Positions 10,056-20,017 of a stretch of 64,000 nt of DNA are shown one piece after another; position 1 is the stretch's first letter, and each line of letters begins with the position of its first letter. The notes beneath the pieces are model-generated. The model had not been told where the DNA came from. It worked only from the letters and a program-made list of their open reading frames with translations, and made no database searches. The DNA is taken from assembly GCA_963754315.1 (NCBI GenBank), contig CAVWFS010000003.1, positions 97,261 through 161,260 on the forward strand, in the 5' to 3' direction. This stretch comes from an uncultured Candidatus Rokubacteria bacterium. Lineage in GTDB: Bacteria > Methylomirabilota > Methylomirabilia > Rokubacteriales > CSP1-6. Both the position numbers and the translations under genes were made by a program.

Positions 10056-10895
10056 CTACAGGAAGGCCGTCCAGACGGCCAGTGCGAATGAGAGCGCGGT
10101 GAGCAGCAGACACACGGCGGCCCCCAGCTGATCGACTCCCCGCTCCGTGCGATGTTCGGCCAGAGAGACAATAAAGCCAGCGAGCAGGCCGCCCAGGAAC
10201 CCTCCCGCGTGAGCGTAGTTGTTGACGCTCGCCATGACGAACCCGAGCAGGAAGAGAATCAACGCCCACGTCCCGTACTGCCGGAGCACCATGGAGCCGA
10301 ACGTCCCGCCCCGGCGTCGCCCATACGCCACCATGGCACCCAGCAACCCGAAAATCGATCCCGAGGCGCCCACCGTGAGGGGAATCCCCACAAGGTTGGA
10401 GAGAGCAAAGCCTGCCACCCCCGCCACCGTGAAGATCACCACTGTACGCGCCGGCCCGTACAGCTCCTCGATGGCAGGCCCGAGCTGACGGATCCAGAGG
10501 AGATTGAACAGAATGTGGAACACGTCGCCGTGCAGATAGATGGCTGTGAGCAGCGTCCACCAGCGCCCCGCGTGGATGGGCAACGCCCCAGTGGCGCCCA
10601 AGGCTAGCAAGGCCTGGCTACTGGGAGCAAAGGCGTTGAACAGGCCTCGCGAACGAAAGATGCTCCCAGGATCGATGAGCAAGGAAACGAGATATGCGGC
10701 GATGCACACGACGGTGACGACGTCGGTGAAGCGCCGGTGTCGGAAGAGCGCCCGCAGAGGATCGGCCAGGCCCCACATCCCGGGGTTGCGCCGTCCGCAC
10801 ACGAGACACTGCAAGGCATCGGCATTGGTGAGGCGGCCGCAAGAAGGACAGAGAATCGCTCCGCGGGTCTTACGAAACAACGAGGTGCCTCCCAT
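10056..10895 (-). CDS. Rhomboid intramembrane serine protease with N-terminal Zn ribbon
   Basis: H-x3-HxxxN, GASG, AHAGG; CPSC..CLVC at the N-terminus. Confidence 0.92.
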   Translation of the reverse strand: MGGTSLFRKTRGAILCPSCGRLTNADALQCLVCGRRNPGMWGLADPLRALFRHRRFTDVVTVVCIAAYLVSLLIDPGSIFRSRGLFNAFAPSSQALLALGATGALPIHAGRWWTLLTAIYLHGDVFHILFNLLWIRQLGPAIEELYGPARTVVIFTVAGVAGFALSNLVGIPLTVGASGSIFGLLGAMVAYGRRRGGTFGSMVLRQYGTWALILFLLGFVMASVNNYAHAGGFLGGLLAGFIVSLAEHRTERGVDQLGAAVCLLLTALSFALAVWTAFL

Positions 10896-10984
10896 GAGCG
10901 TGCGCGATCACGCTCGGCATGCTACTCAGTGGCGACAAAGGCTGTCAACTCAAGGACTTTGCCGACAGAAGGGTCGGGGAACGG

Positions 10985-11013
10985 TTGACACCGTCCTGGG
11001 TGGCACGTAACAT
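10985..11013 (+). promoter_or_regulatory. Sigma70-type promoter of hppA
   Basis: TTGACA-17 bp-TAACAT. Confidence 0.7.
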
Positions 11014-11088
11014 TCTGAGGGTTTGGGAAGTCACCGCCCGGCCGTGCCGACCGAGGTGATTGAGCACCCTTCGAAGGAGAATCTCAGG

Positions 11089-13593
11089 ATGAGCCTGACT
11101 CGCCTCGCCCCTGGCCGCGCTCGTTCCGTCGCTCTACTGCTCGTACTCGCCCTGGCGCTGTTGAGCACCGTGTGCCCTGCCCTGGCTCAGACCCCCGCGC
11201 CAGCTGCGCATCCAGGTGGAGGAGAGGCGAATCTGAGGATCCCGGACCTTTCCCAGGTCAGTGTGGGTGGCCTGAATAGTCGAACCCTGCTGGGCCTCGG
11301 GCTGGTCGTCTGCGTCCTCGGGCTCGTCTTCGGGCTGGTGATCTACGGTCAGCTTCGCCGCCTGCCGGTGCACGAGTCGATGCGCGAGATCTCGGAGCTC
11401 ATCTACGAGACGTGCAAGACCTACCTCGTCACGCAGGGGAAGTTCATCCTCATCCTCGAGATCTTCATCGGCGCCATCATCCTGCTCTACTTTGGTTTCC
11501 TCCTGCACTTCGAGGCGATCAAGGTCGCGATCATCCTGCTGTTCAGTCTGATCGGGATTGCGGGCAGCTACGGCGTCGCGTGGTTCGGCATCCGCATCAA
11601 TACCTTCGCCAACTCCCGCACGGCCTTCGCCAGTCTGGAGGGCAAAGCCTTCCCGGTGTACGCCATCCCCCTCAAGGCCGGCATGAGCATCGGGATGCTC
11701 CTCATCAGCGTGGAACTGTTCTTGATGTTGTGCATCCTGCTTTTCATCCCGGGTGACTATGCCGGCGCGTGCTTCATCGGCTTCGCGATCGGGGAGTCGC
11801 TGGGGGCGGCCGCCTTGCGGATCGCGGGGGGGATCTTCACCAAGATCGCCGACATCGGGTCCGATCTGATGAAGATCGTCTTCAACATCAAAGAGGACGA
11901 TGCCCGCAACCCCGGCGTCATCGCCGACTGCACAGGTGACAACGCCGGAGATTCGGTGGGCCCCAGCGCCGACGGCTTCGAGACCTACGGGGTGACCGGG
12001 GTGGCCCTCATCTCCTTCATCCTGCTGGCGGTTCCCCAGCAAATCATCCAGGTCCAGCTCCTGGTGTGGATCTTTGTCATGCGGGTCATGATGATCCTTG
12101 CCAGCGGGTTCTCCTATCTGGTGAACGAGGCCTTCGCACGCGCCCGCTACGGCAACGCGCGGAACATGAACTTCGAAGCCCCGCTCACGAATCTCGTCTG
12201 GCTGACGTCGCTCGTCTCGGTGGTCGTGACCTACATCGCCTCGTACGTGCTGATCGGCAGCCTGGGCGATGGGACGCTCTGGTGGAAGCTATCCACCGTG
12301 ATCACGTGCGGTACCCTGGCCGGTGCCATCATTCCCGAGTTCGTCAAGATCTTCACCTCGACCGAGTCAGCCCATGTGCGCGAGGTCGTGGCCGCCTCCC
12401 GGGAGGGAGGCGCCTCGCTCAACGTCCTGTCCGGATTCGTGGCCGGCAACTTCAGCGCGTACTGGCTGGGCATGGTCATCGTGGTTCTCATGGGTATCGC
12501 CTATGGCATGAGCACCTTGGGGTTGGGTGCCCTGATGGTCGCGCCGGCCGTCTTTGCCTTTGGCCTGGTGGCCTTCGGCTTCCTGGGGATGGGTCCGGTG
12601 ACCATCGCGGTGGACTCCTACGGGCCGGTGACGGACAACGCGCAGTCGGTCTTCGAGCTGTCGGTCATCGAGCAGATTCCGGACATCAAGCCGACCATCC
12701 GGCGCCAGTACGGATTCGACGTCGACTTCGAGGTGGCCAAGCAGCTCTTGGAGGAAAACGACGGGGCGGGCAACACCTTCAAGGCGACCGCCAAGCCCGT
12801 GCTCATCGGCACCGCCGTCGTCGGCGCCACCACCATGATCTTTTCGATCATCGTGGTCTTGACCCACGGGCTCACGCAGAACCTGGACAAGCTCTCGTTG
12901 CTCTACCCACCCTTCCTGCTCGGCCTCATCACGGGAGGCGCGGTCATCTACTGGTTCACGGGCGCGGCCACCCAGGCCGTGACGACGGGCGCCTATCGGG
13001 CGGTGGAGTTTATCAAGGCCAACATCAGGCTGGATGGGACCAAGGCCTCGGTGAGCGACAGCAAGCGAGTGGTGGAGATCTGCACGCAGTACGCGCAGAA
13101 GGGGATGTTCAACATTTTCATGACCGTCTTTTTCTCCACGTTGGCCTTCGCCTTTCTGGAGCCGTATTTCTTCATCGGCTACCTGATCTCGATTGCGCTG
13201 TTCGGGCTCTACCAGGCGGTCTTCATGGCCAATGCGGGGGGAGCGTGGGACAACGCCAAGAAGATCGTCGAGGTCGAGCTGAAAGAGAAGGGCAGCCCCC
13301 TCCACGCGGCCACCGTGGTGGGCGACACCGTGGGCGACCCCTTCAAGGACACCTCGTCGGTGGCCATGAATCCCGTCATCAAGTTCACCACCCTCTTCGG
13401 CCTCCTGGCCGTGGAGCTGGCGGTGACCCTCACCGCCGACCGGGGCCCGGCGCTCACGCGCGTGCTGGCCGCGCTCTTCTTCGCCGTGTCGGTCCTGTTC
13501 GTGTACCGTTCGTTCTACGGGATGCGGATCCGGGGCGGGACGGAAGCGGCCGGGGTCGATCGACCGGTGAGCGCAATGGCGCGCGGCAAGTAG
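11089..13593 (+). CDS. hppA: Membrane-bound ion-translocating pyrophosphatase, divergent K+-independent type
   Basis: GGIFTKIADIGSDL, EDDARNPGVIADCTGDNAGD, GNTFKA, GGAWDNAKK, GDTVGDPFKDT. Confidence 0.95.
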   Translation: MSLTRLAPGRARSVALLLVLALALLSTVCPALAQTPAPAAHPGGGEANLRIPDLSQVSVGGLNSRTLLGLGLVVCVLGLVFGLVIYGQLRRLPVHESMREISELIYETCKTYLVTQGKFILILEIFIGAIILLYFGFLLHFEAIKVAIILLFSLIGIAGSYGVAWFGIRINTFANSRTAFASLEGKAFPVYAIPLKAGMSIGMLLISVELFLMLCILLFIPGDYAGACFIGFAIGESLGAAALRIAGGIFTKIADIGSDLMKIVFNIKEDDARNPGVIADCTGDNAGDSVGPSADGFETYGVTGVALISFILLAVPQQIIQVQLLVWIFVMRVMMILASGFSYLVNEAFARARYGNARNMNFEAPLTNLVWLTSLVSVVVTYIASYVLIGSLGDGTLWWKLSTVITCGTLAGAIIPEFVKIFTSTESAHVREVVAASREGGASLNVLSGFVAGNFSAYWLGMVIVVLMGIAYGMSTLGLGALMVAPAVFAFGLVAFGFLGMGPVTIAVDSYGPVTDNAQSVFELSVIEQIPDIKPTIRRQYGFDVDFEVAKQLLEENDGAGNTFKATAKPVLIGTAVVGATTMIFSIIVVLTHGLTQNLDKLSLLYPPFLLGLITGGAVIYWFTGAATQAVTTGAYRAVEFIKANIRLDGTKASVSDSKRVVEICTQYAQKGMFNIFMTVFFSTLAFAFLEPYFFIGYLISIALFGLYQAVFMANAGGAWDNAKKIVEVELKEKGSPLHAATVVGDTVGDPFKDTSSVAMNPVIKFTTLFGLLAVELAVTLTADRGPALTRVLAALFFAVSVLFVYRSFYGMRIRGGTEAAGVDRPVSAMARGK

Positions 13594-13599
13594 CCGCGC

Positions 13600-14223
13600 G
13601 TGGAGTTCCTGGTTGGTGTCCTCACCGGCACCCACTCGCTGGACGGGCTGATTCGGTGGGGCGGCTACGTTCTCCTCGCGGTCATCGTGTTCACCGAGAC
13701 GGGGTTACTCGTCGGCTTCTTCCTCCCCGGTGACTCCTTGCTCATCACCGCGGGTCTGGTGGCGGCCGCCGGCGTGCTCAACATCTGGTGGATCAATGTG
13801 ATCCTGATCGTGGCGGCAGTCGTCGGCGACAGCGTCGGCTATGCCATCGGAGCCCGGTTGGGGCCGGCCCTGTTCACGCGGGAGAAGTCGCTGCTTTTCA
13901 ACCCGCGCCACGTCGAACGGACGCGAGAGTTCTATGCCCGCTACGGGGCACGGACGATCGTGATCGCTCGCTTCGTTCCCATCATTCGGACCTTCGCCCC
14001 TGTTGTGGCTGGGGTCGGGAGGATGGAGTACCGTAAGTTCCTGACCTATAACGTAGCTGGGGGTGTGGGGTGGGTGCTCAGCATGACCTGGGCGGGGTAT
14101 CTTCTCGGCAGCGTCATTCCGAATATCGACCAGTACATCCACGTTGTGGTGGTCGTCGTCATCGTCCTGTCGTGTTTGCCGATTGTGTTCGAGATCCAGC
14201 GCGCGCGTCGTCGCTCGTCGTAG
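13600..14223 (+). CDS. DedA family (VTT domain) protein
   Basis: ETGLLVGFFLPGDSLL, ARFVPIIRTFAP. Confidence 0.93.
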   Translation: MEFLVGVLTGTHSLDGLIRWGGYVLLAVIVFTETGLLVGFFLPGDSLLITAGLVAAAGVLNIWWINVILIVAAVVGDSVGYAIGARLGPALFTREKSLLFNPRHVERTREFYARYGARTIVIARFVPIIRTFAPVVAGVGRMEYRKFLTYNVAGGVGWVLSMTWAGYLLGSVIPNIDQYIHVVVVVVIVLSCLPIVFEIQRARRRSS

Positions 14224-14233
14224 CAGGTCGGAT

Positions 14234-14893
14234 GTGACCAGACGCCGGTTGCTTCTCGGGGTGATCATGGCGGGGACGTGCCTGACACGTGTTGGGCCCG
14301 GGAACAGCCAGGCGACTGAGCCGGCCCGGATAGGCACCGTGAGCGGGACCGCGCTGGTTAGCGGTCCGAGGGCGGCCAGTCCCCCAGTTCCTCTGGCCGC
14401 GCTCGAGGTGCTGCTGGTACCGCGGTCTGACACGATCCTGGCGAACCTCGAACGTATCAAGCGCCAGTCACGTGACTCCATGACCGGCTATCGCACGGCG
14501 ATCCCTGAGATACGGGAGGTCCTCGAGACGTTCGTACGGGATCTCAAGGGCTCGGGTGATTTCTTGGTGGTCCCGCGGGCCACGGTCGATGATACCGGCC
14601 GCTTTGCCATCGAGGACGTTCCCGCGGGGCGATGGATCCTGCTTGGGCGCCGCTCGGTCTATGTCGATCGAGCGTCCAAGGATACCCGCAAGGAGACGGG
14701 GACCTACCAGACACAGCGGCGGCTAGTCGGCTACGAACGCGTCACGGTCTGGCTCCAGGAGGTCACGGTCGAGTCGGGGGTTGGTGCGTCAGTGGACCTG
14801 ACCGACCGCAACGTGTGGTTCGAAGGCGTCGAGGAGAAAACCGCCACCCGCGACCGCTCAGTTGTCCGCCCGAACCGCCGGTCCGATCATTGA
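14234..14893 (+). CDS. Hypothetical exported protein
   Basis: Signal-like N-terminus and a VDDTGRFAIEDVPAGRW carboxypeptidase-regulatory-like beta motif. Confidence 0.65.
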   Translation: MTRRRLLLGVIMAGTCLTRVGPGNSQATEPARIGTVSGTALVSGPRAASPPVPLAALEVLLVPRSDTILANLERIKRQSRDSMTGYRTAIPEIREVLETFVRDLKGSGDFLVVPRATVDDTGRFAIEDVPAGRWILLGRRSVYVDRASKDTRKETGTYQTQRRLVGYERVTVWLQEVTVESGVGASVDLTDRNVWFEGVEEKTATRDRSVVRPNRRSDH

Positions 14894-14950
14894 CAGCGCT
14901 CCAGGGGAGCCTTGGCGCATTCCTCAGGAACACTGGAGGCTTGGGCCGAA

Positions 14951-15379
14951 CTAGGGCTTCTTTTCTGCTGGCTTGTCGACAGGTTTGGCCTCGGGCCTGG
15001 GGGGCGTGGTACGCGCCCTGACTGTCTGGGCGACGCGCTTTCCGCCGTGTTCCATGTAGCGAACCTGAACTGCGTCGCCTTCCTTCAGATCGGTCACGGT
15101 GATATCCTTGCCCGCCTTCCTGATCTTCGTGTTCGTGTCGAGCGCAAACGTCCATTCGGCAGCTTTCCCTTGGGATTTTCCCAGGACCACGAGGGTGGCG
15201 GGCGACGCCGACTTCACCCGCCCGACCGCGGTTTCCCCCGTTGTCGTCTCGTCCCGATCAGCAGACTTCTCCACCTTCATGCCGCCGCTTGGCGCCCCCA
15301 CTGGTGTCTGGGCCGCAGCATGAGCGAGACCTCCAACCAGGAGAGCGCCGGCTACCAGCGGACCGATGAGCTCCTTCAC
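14951..15379 (-). CDS. Hypothetical exported OB-fold-like (DUF5666-like) protein
   Basis: AGGAGG RBS, signal peptide, TDLKEGDAVQVRY. Confidence 0.7.
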   Translation of the reverse strand: MKELIGPLVAGALLVGGLAHAAAQTPVGAPSGGMKVEKSADRDETTTGETAVGRVKSASPATLVVLGKSQGKAAEWTFALDTNTKIRKAGKDITVTDLKEGDAVQVRYMEHGGKRVAQTVRARTTPPRPEAKPVDKPAEKKP

Positions 15380-15519
15380 GGGTGGCTCCTCCTATCTCTC
15401 TAAGCACTGGTGGCTCATGACCAAAATCTATCCGATTCTGACGAGGGAGGGCCCGACCCGTCAAGGAAGTTGACCCGAACGCGCCTGCTGTGATATCAAG
15501 AGGCGCGTTGAGTCCTTCT

Positions 15520-16863
15520 ATGGCGATTCGAGGCTCTTTTCTCCCATTAGCGGCCGCTTTCTGCCTGGTTTTGGCCCCTGGTGCTATCCGGTACGGTGCT
15601 GCTGAGCCGCGTGTGCCGGCTCTCAACGACCAGGAGACATGCCCTGGGGATGTCCAGGATTCCAGCACCCTCTCCGATGGCCAGGGTGTGGAGCGTGTGA
15701 GGTTGACCTTGGGCCTGGACATCGGGCCCGTCGAGCAGAGTTGGCCGACGAGCTTGGTCGAGAGGTGGGACATCGAGTCAGAGGGGCTAGCCGAGCCCAT
15801 GCCGGCGAAGGCCGATCCCATGGTGGCCTGGCATGCAGAGTCGAGCGTGGCGACGCCTGGGGCGGTGGAAGGGGTCGATCGCTACCCGGTCGTGACGAAC
15901 TCGCAGGTTGGGTACTTTCTGGATCTCTTCACGCGTGAGCGCAGGGATGTGATCAACCAATGGTTGAACCGCTCTGGCAAGTTCCTGGGCATGATTCGGG
16001 ACACGCTGAGTCGGCATGGCCTGCCCGAGGAACTGGCTTTCACCGCGATGATCGAGAGTGGCTTCAACCCGATTGCGACCTCGCACGCGGGGGCCCGGGG
16101 CCTGTGGCAGTTCATGGCGACCACTGCCCGTCGCTACGGACTGCGCGTCGACCACTGGGTGGACGAGCGGCTCGATCCCGAAAAATCGACTCTGGCGGCG
16201 GCTGCCTATCTCCGTGATCTCTACAACCTGTTCGGGTCATGGTTCCTGGCCCAGGCGGCCTACAATGCCGGTGAGGGAACGATCGCCCGGGCCATCCGTG
16301 CCACCGGCTCCAGCGACTTCTGGGCGCTGGCGCGCACGAGCTTCCTGCATAGTGAAACGAAGGAGTTCGTGCCTCGGATCTTGGCTGCGACTCACATCGG
16401 CCGCGAGCCAATCCGCTACGGCTTCGAGCCGCCCCAGATCAGTGCTCCCATCGAGGAACGGGTCGCTGTCCCCGGATCCACCGATTTGCGCTCGGTGTCT
16501 GCTTCGTCCGGAATCGCCATCGATACCCTTCGGTCCATGAATCCCGTGCTGGTCCGAGGCATTACCCCCCCTGGCGGCGCGTACGAGCTCAATGTGCCAC
16601 CGGGTACCAAGTCGGGTGTTCTCGCCGCGCTCCAGCGGCCGCATCGTCCCGCCGGGTCTAGCCGAGGCGCTGCCGGCACAATCCGGGCCTTTGCCGGCGA
16701 CCACCAGGTCCACGTGGTCCGTCCTCGTGACACCGTGGACGGGATAGCCAGGCGCTATGGAGTGTCGGTCGGTGACGTGGTCCGCTGGAACGGCCTGGCC
16801 AGGCAAGATCAGATCCGGCCCGGTGATCGGCTGCGCGTGGGGGGAACATCGGGAGGACGGTGA
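15520..16863 (+). CDS. mltD: MltD-like lytic transglycosylase with LysM domain
   Basis: IESGF, GLWQFM, AAYNAG, ETKEFVP; C-terminal LysM. Confidence 0.9.
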   Translation: MAIRGSFLPLAAAFCLVLAPGAIRYGAAEPRVPALNDQETCPGDVQDSSTLSDGQGVERVRLTLGLDIGPVEQSWPTSLVERWDIESEGLAEPMPAKADPMVAWHAESSVATPGAVEGVDRYPVVTNSQVGYFLDLFTRERRDVINQWLNRSGKFLGMIRDTLSRHGLPEELAFTAMIESGFNPIATSHAGARGLWQFMATTARRYGLRVDHWVDERLDPEKSTLAAAAYLRDLYNLFGSWFLAQAAYNAGEGTIARAIRATGSSDFWALARTSFLHSETKEFVPRILAATHIGREPIRYGFEPPQISAPIEERVAVPGSTDLRSVSASSGIAIDTLRSMNPVLVRGITPPGGAYELNVPPGTKSGVLAALQRPHRPAGSSRGAAGTIRAFAGDHQVHVVRPRDTVDGIARRYGVSVGDVVRWNGLARQDQIRPGDRLRVGGTSGGR

Positions 16864-17099
16864 GGGTCGAGGTCAGGGCCTTCGCTACCCTCGCTCGATT
16901 TCTTCCGTTACCTCGTTCCGGTACTACCGCATTTCTGACGCTCTCCGAGGGCAGCACCGTACGTGATGTGACGGAAGCCCTTGGCATTCCTCGGGAGATG
17001 TCCGTCGTCGTCCTGGTCAACGGTACCAACGCCCACGACGATCGCGTCCTCGCCGCCGAGGACACCGTGACCCTCTTTCCCCCCCTCGTCGGCGGCTGA
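16860..17099 (+). CDS. MoaD/ThiS family sulfur carrier
   Basis: 79 aa ubiquitin-like protein ending FPPLVGG. Confidence 0.88.
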   Translation: MRVEVRAFATLARFLPLPRSGTTAFLTLSEGSTVRDVTEALGIPREMSVVVLVNGTNAHDDRVLAAEDTVTLFPPLVGG

Positions 17100-17222
17100 G
17101 CCCACCCGCTCCCCCGGGGCGGGTCCGATGCCCAAACCCGTCTCCGAGCGCCGAGGGGATTGAGGGGTTGTCGCGCCCTCCGCCCGGGGCAGGTGCCTGG
17201 GGAGGATGGGGGGTGCGTCGCG

Positions 17223-17633
17223 CCCCCCCAGCGAGCGTGGTCCCGAGGGGCGCCCCAGGTTGCCTGGGGCGGCTCCGAGCGCGGGGGGATGGGGGTCGTC
17301 GAGCCCCCATGTTCAGTCGTCGAGCCCCCCCCAGCGAGCGTGGTCCCGAGGGGCGCCCCAGGTAGCCTGGGGCGGCTCCGAGCGCGGGGGGATTGGGGGT
17401 CGTCGAGACCCCCCATGTTCAGTCGTCGAGCCCCCCCCAGCGAGCGTGGTCCCGAGGGGCGCCCCAGGTGCCTGGGGCGGCTCCGAGCGCGGGGGGATTG
17501 GGGGGTCGTCGAGACCCCCCATGTTCAGTCGTCGAGACCCCCCAGCGAGCGTGGTCCCGAGGGGCGCCCCAGGTACCCTGGGGCGGCTCCGAGCGCGGGG
17601 GGATTGGGGGGTCGTCGAGACCCCCCATGTTCA
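17223..17633 (+). repeat. Four tandem ~105-bp copies of the two-hairpin REP-like unit
   Basis: CCCCCAGCGAGCGTGGTCCCGAGGGGCGCCCCAGGT..CCTGGGGCGGCTCCGAGCGCGGGGGGA..GGGGGTCGTCGAG..CCCCCATGTTCA repeated four times. Confidence 0.95.
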
Positions 17634-17656
17634 AGTGTTACACTCGGTTCGCCGCT

Positions 17657-17754
17657 GGAAGCGTCTAGGAACCCGGTGGGCCTCCCGGACTTCAAATCCG
17701 GTGTCCGGCTCTAGACAAGCTGGAGGTGGGTTCGACTCCCACACGCTTCCGCCA
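17657..17754 (+). tRNA. selC: tRNA-Sec (anticodon TCA)
   Basis: GGAAGCGT/ACGCTTCC 8-bp acceptor stem, GGACTTCAAATCC anticodon arm, long variable arm, GTTCGA T-loop, GCCA end. Extended -10 TGTTACACT upstream. Confidence 0.96.
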
Positions 17755-17767
17755 GCTGGCAAGGAGC

Positions 17768-18292
17768 ATGGCGACCGCGCGCGACAGGACACAGGATCGG
17801 ACCCGATGGCGACCGGTGATCACGCTCGGCTCGGCTGCTGTCGTGATCGGAGTCGTTGTCGGGTACCTGGCCTACCGGGTGGCCGCCGACTTGCCCGGTG
17901 TCCAGTTTCCCGATCAGGGGAACCGTCATCTCGGTTCCGCGCAAGAGCCCCACGAGCCCTACAATTCGGATCCGCCCACGTCGGGCCCGCATCTATCCTA
18001 TGTCGCGCCGTGGGGTGTGCATGCGCGTCCGATCATTCCCGAATTGCAGGTCCACAATCTCGAAGATGGTGGGGTCCTCGTCCAGTACAATTGCCAGTGT
18101 CCGGAGCTGGTGATGAAGCTTCGCGCCATCGTCGAGCGCTACGATAAATACGTCGTTCTGGCCCCATACCCTTCGATGAAGAGCCGCATCGCTCTCACGG
18201 CATGGACGCGCCTGGAGACGCTCGACGACATCGATGAGAAGCGGATCATCCGCTTTATCGACGCTTTCCGTGGCCTCGACCACCACAAGTAG
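17768..18292 (+). CDS. DUF3105 domain protein
   Basis: YNSDPPTSGPH, VHNLEDGGV, IALTAW. Confidence 0.85.
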   Translation: MATARDRTQDRTRWRPVITLGSAAVVIGVVVGYLAYRVAADLPGVQFPDQGNRHLGSAQEPHEPYNSDPPTSGPHLSYVAPWGVHARPIIPELQVHNLEDGGVLVQYNCQCPELVMKLRAIVERYDKYVVLAPYPSMKSRIALTAWTRLETLDDIDEKRIIRFIDAFRGLDHHK

Positions 18293-18348
18293 ACCGACGG
18301 AACCCACCGTGGCACCCGTGCCCTGCCGCGCGTGGTGGACCAGGCCTG

Positions 18349-18633
18349 ATGGCTCCCCGACTCGCTGAGCTCATTCGCAGGGCGCGCCGGCTGGCGACCG
18401 AGCGTGACCGCCTTATCGAGGCCATGGCTGCTGAATGGACGCGTGCCCTGCGCGGTCAGTCGTTGTCGCCGACTGACCTCGAGGAGTTCTGGGCCGGGCT
18501 CACGGAGGATGCCGTACGCTGGGGCAGCAGCGAGAAGGCGGGCAAATGGACGACCCAAGCGTGGCGAACCGAGGCCCAGGAGGTGGTAGCCCGGGTTCGG
18601 GAAAAGGTGGAGGCGGCCCTCAATGAGCGCTGA
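18349..18633 (+). CDS. Hypothetical helical protein overlapping selA start
   Basis: 94-aa ORF filling the gap and coupled to selA. Confidence 0.6.
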   Translation: MAPRLAELIRRARRLATERDRLIEAMAAEWTRALRGQSLSPTDLEEFWAGLTEDAVRWGSSEKAGKWTTQAWRTEAQEVVARVREKVEAALNER

Positions 18634-20017
18634 GCTTGCCGGGGCCCTGCGCCGGTTGCCCTCGGTCGACCGGCTGGTGCGTTCCCTCGAAGGCCGGGAG
18701 GTGACGCGAAGTCTCCCCCGCGCTCGGCTTACGGTGGCCGCCCGCGAAGTGCTCGAGCGCGAACGGCGGCGCATTCGGGCGGAGGGAGGGCTCCCCGCGG
18801 ACCTAGAGACGTTGGTGGAGCGTGTGCGTACGGCCGGGCGCGAAAGCGCTTACTCGCTGCGGCCTGTCATCAACGCCACCGGTGTGGTTCTGCATACCAA
18901 CCTTGGTCGTGCGCTCCTCAGCGACGCCGCCGTCGCCCGAATCGGTGCGGTAGCGTCCGCCTACAGCAACCTGGAGCTCGACCTCGAGAGCAAGGAGCGC
19001 GGCTCACGGTACGCGCACGTCGACGCAATGCTGCGCCGGCTGACGGGCGCCGAGGACACGCTGGTGGTGAACAACAACGCAGCCGCCGTCCTCCTCGCCC
19101 TCGAGTCGGTGGCGCGCGGGCGCGAGGTCGTTGTTTCACGAGGAGAGCTGATCGAGATCGGCGGGGAGTTCCGGATTCCCGACATCATGCAGCGTAGCGG
19201 CGCGCGCCTGCGCGAGGTAGGAACGACGAACCGCACGCACCTGCGCGACTACGTGCAAGCCATCGGCCCGGACACGGCCCTCTTACTCAAGGTTCACACC
19301 TCGAACTATCGCGTGGTCGGCTTCACCGCAGGAGTCTCCTCCCGCGAGCTCAGCCAGCTCGGTCGCGAGCGTGGGCTTCCGGTGATGGAAGATCTCGGCT
19401 CAGGTTCGCTCCTCGACCTGTCATCGCAGGGGTTCGGCGACGAGCCGACGGTGCCCCAAGTGGTGGCGGCGGGGGTAGACCTGGTGTGTTTCTCCGGCGA
19501 CAAACTCCTCGGCGGTCCTCAGGCTGGCATCGTGGTTGGCCGGCGGGACCTCGTCCAGCAGCTCCAGAGGAACCCGCTCAACCGCGCCCTGCGCATTGAC
19601 AAGCTGACCTTGGCCGCCCTCGAGGCGACGCTCGGCGCCTACGAGGCCGGTGATGCCCTCCAGACCGTTCCGACCCTGCGTCTTCTCACCGAGCCTATGC
19701 GGACCATCCGCTCCCGCGGGCGGCGGCTGCTGGCCGCACTCGGTCCCGAACTGCGCTTGCGCCTCGCGGCGTCCCTGCTCGCGTCCACCTCGCAAGTAGG
19801 CGGAGGCGCGCTGCCCACGGTCGAACTTCCCACTCTCTGCGTCGCGGTAGGGGCTGACGCCGCATGCACGCGGGCCCTGGACGAAGCCCTTCGGCGAGGG
19901 GCGCCGCCCGTCATCGGCCGTATCGCCGACGATCGACTTCTCCTCGACTGCCGGACCATCTTGCCTGACCAGGTGCGGAGCTTGGCCGCTGCCCTCGCCG
20001 CGGCCTGTGCCCGCTGA
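18623..20017 (+). CDS. selA: L-seryl-tRNA(Sec) selenium transferase
   Basis: INATGVVLHTNLGRA, VNNNAAA, EVGTTNRT, FSGDKLLGGPQAG. Confidence 0.97.
   Translation: MSAELAGALRRLPSVDRLVRSLEGREVTRSLPRARLTVAAREVLERERRRIRAEGGLPADLETLVERVRTAGRESAYSLRPVINATGVVLHTNLGRALLSDAAVARIGAVASAYSNLELDLESKERGSRYAHVDAMLRRLTGAEDTLVVNNNAAAVLLALESVARGREVVVSRGELIEIGGEFRIPDIMQRSGARLREVGTTNRTHLRDYVQAIGPDTALLLKVHTSNYRVVGFTAGVSSRELSQLGRERGLPVMEDLGSGSLLDLSSQGFGDEPTVPQVVAAGVDLVCFSGDKLLGGPQAGIVVGRRDLVQQLQRNPLNRALRIDKLTLAALEATLGAYEAGDALQTVPTLRLLTEPMRTIRSRGRRLLAALGPELRLRLAASLLASTSQVGGGALPTVELPTLCVAVGADAACTRALDEALRRGAPPVIGRIADDRLLLDCRTILPDQVRSLAAALAAACAR

Noticed and set aside
17160..18147. ORFs spanning the tandem repeat and tRNA-Sec; CRISPR interpretation of the array
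   Set aside because: The translations are low-complexity products of the repeat and overlap selC. The units have no unique spacers.
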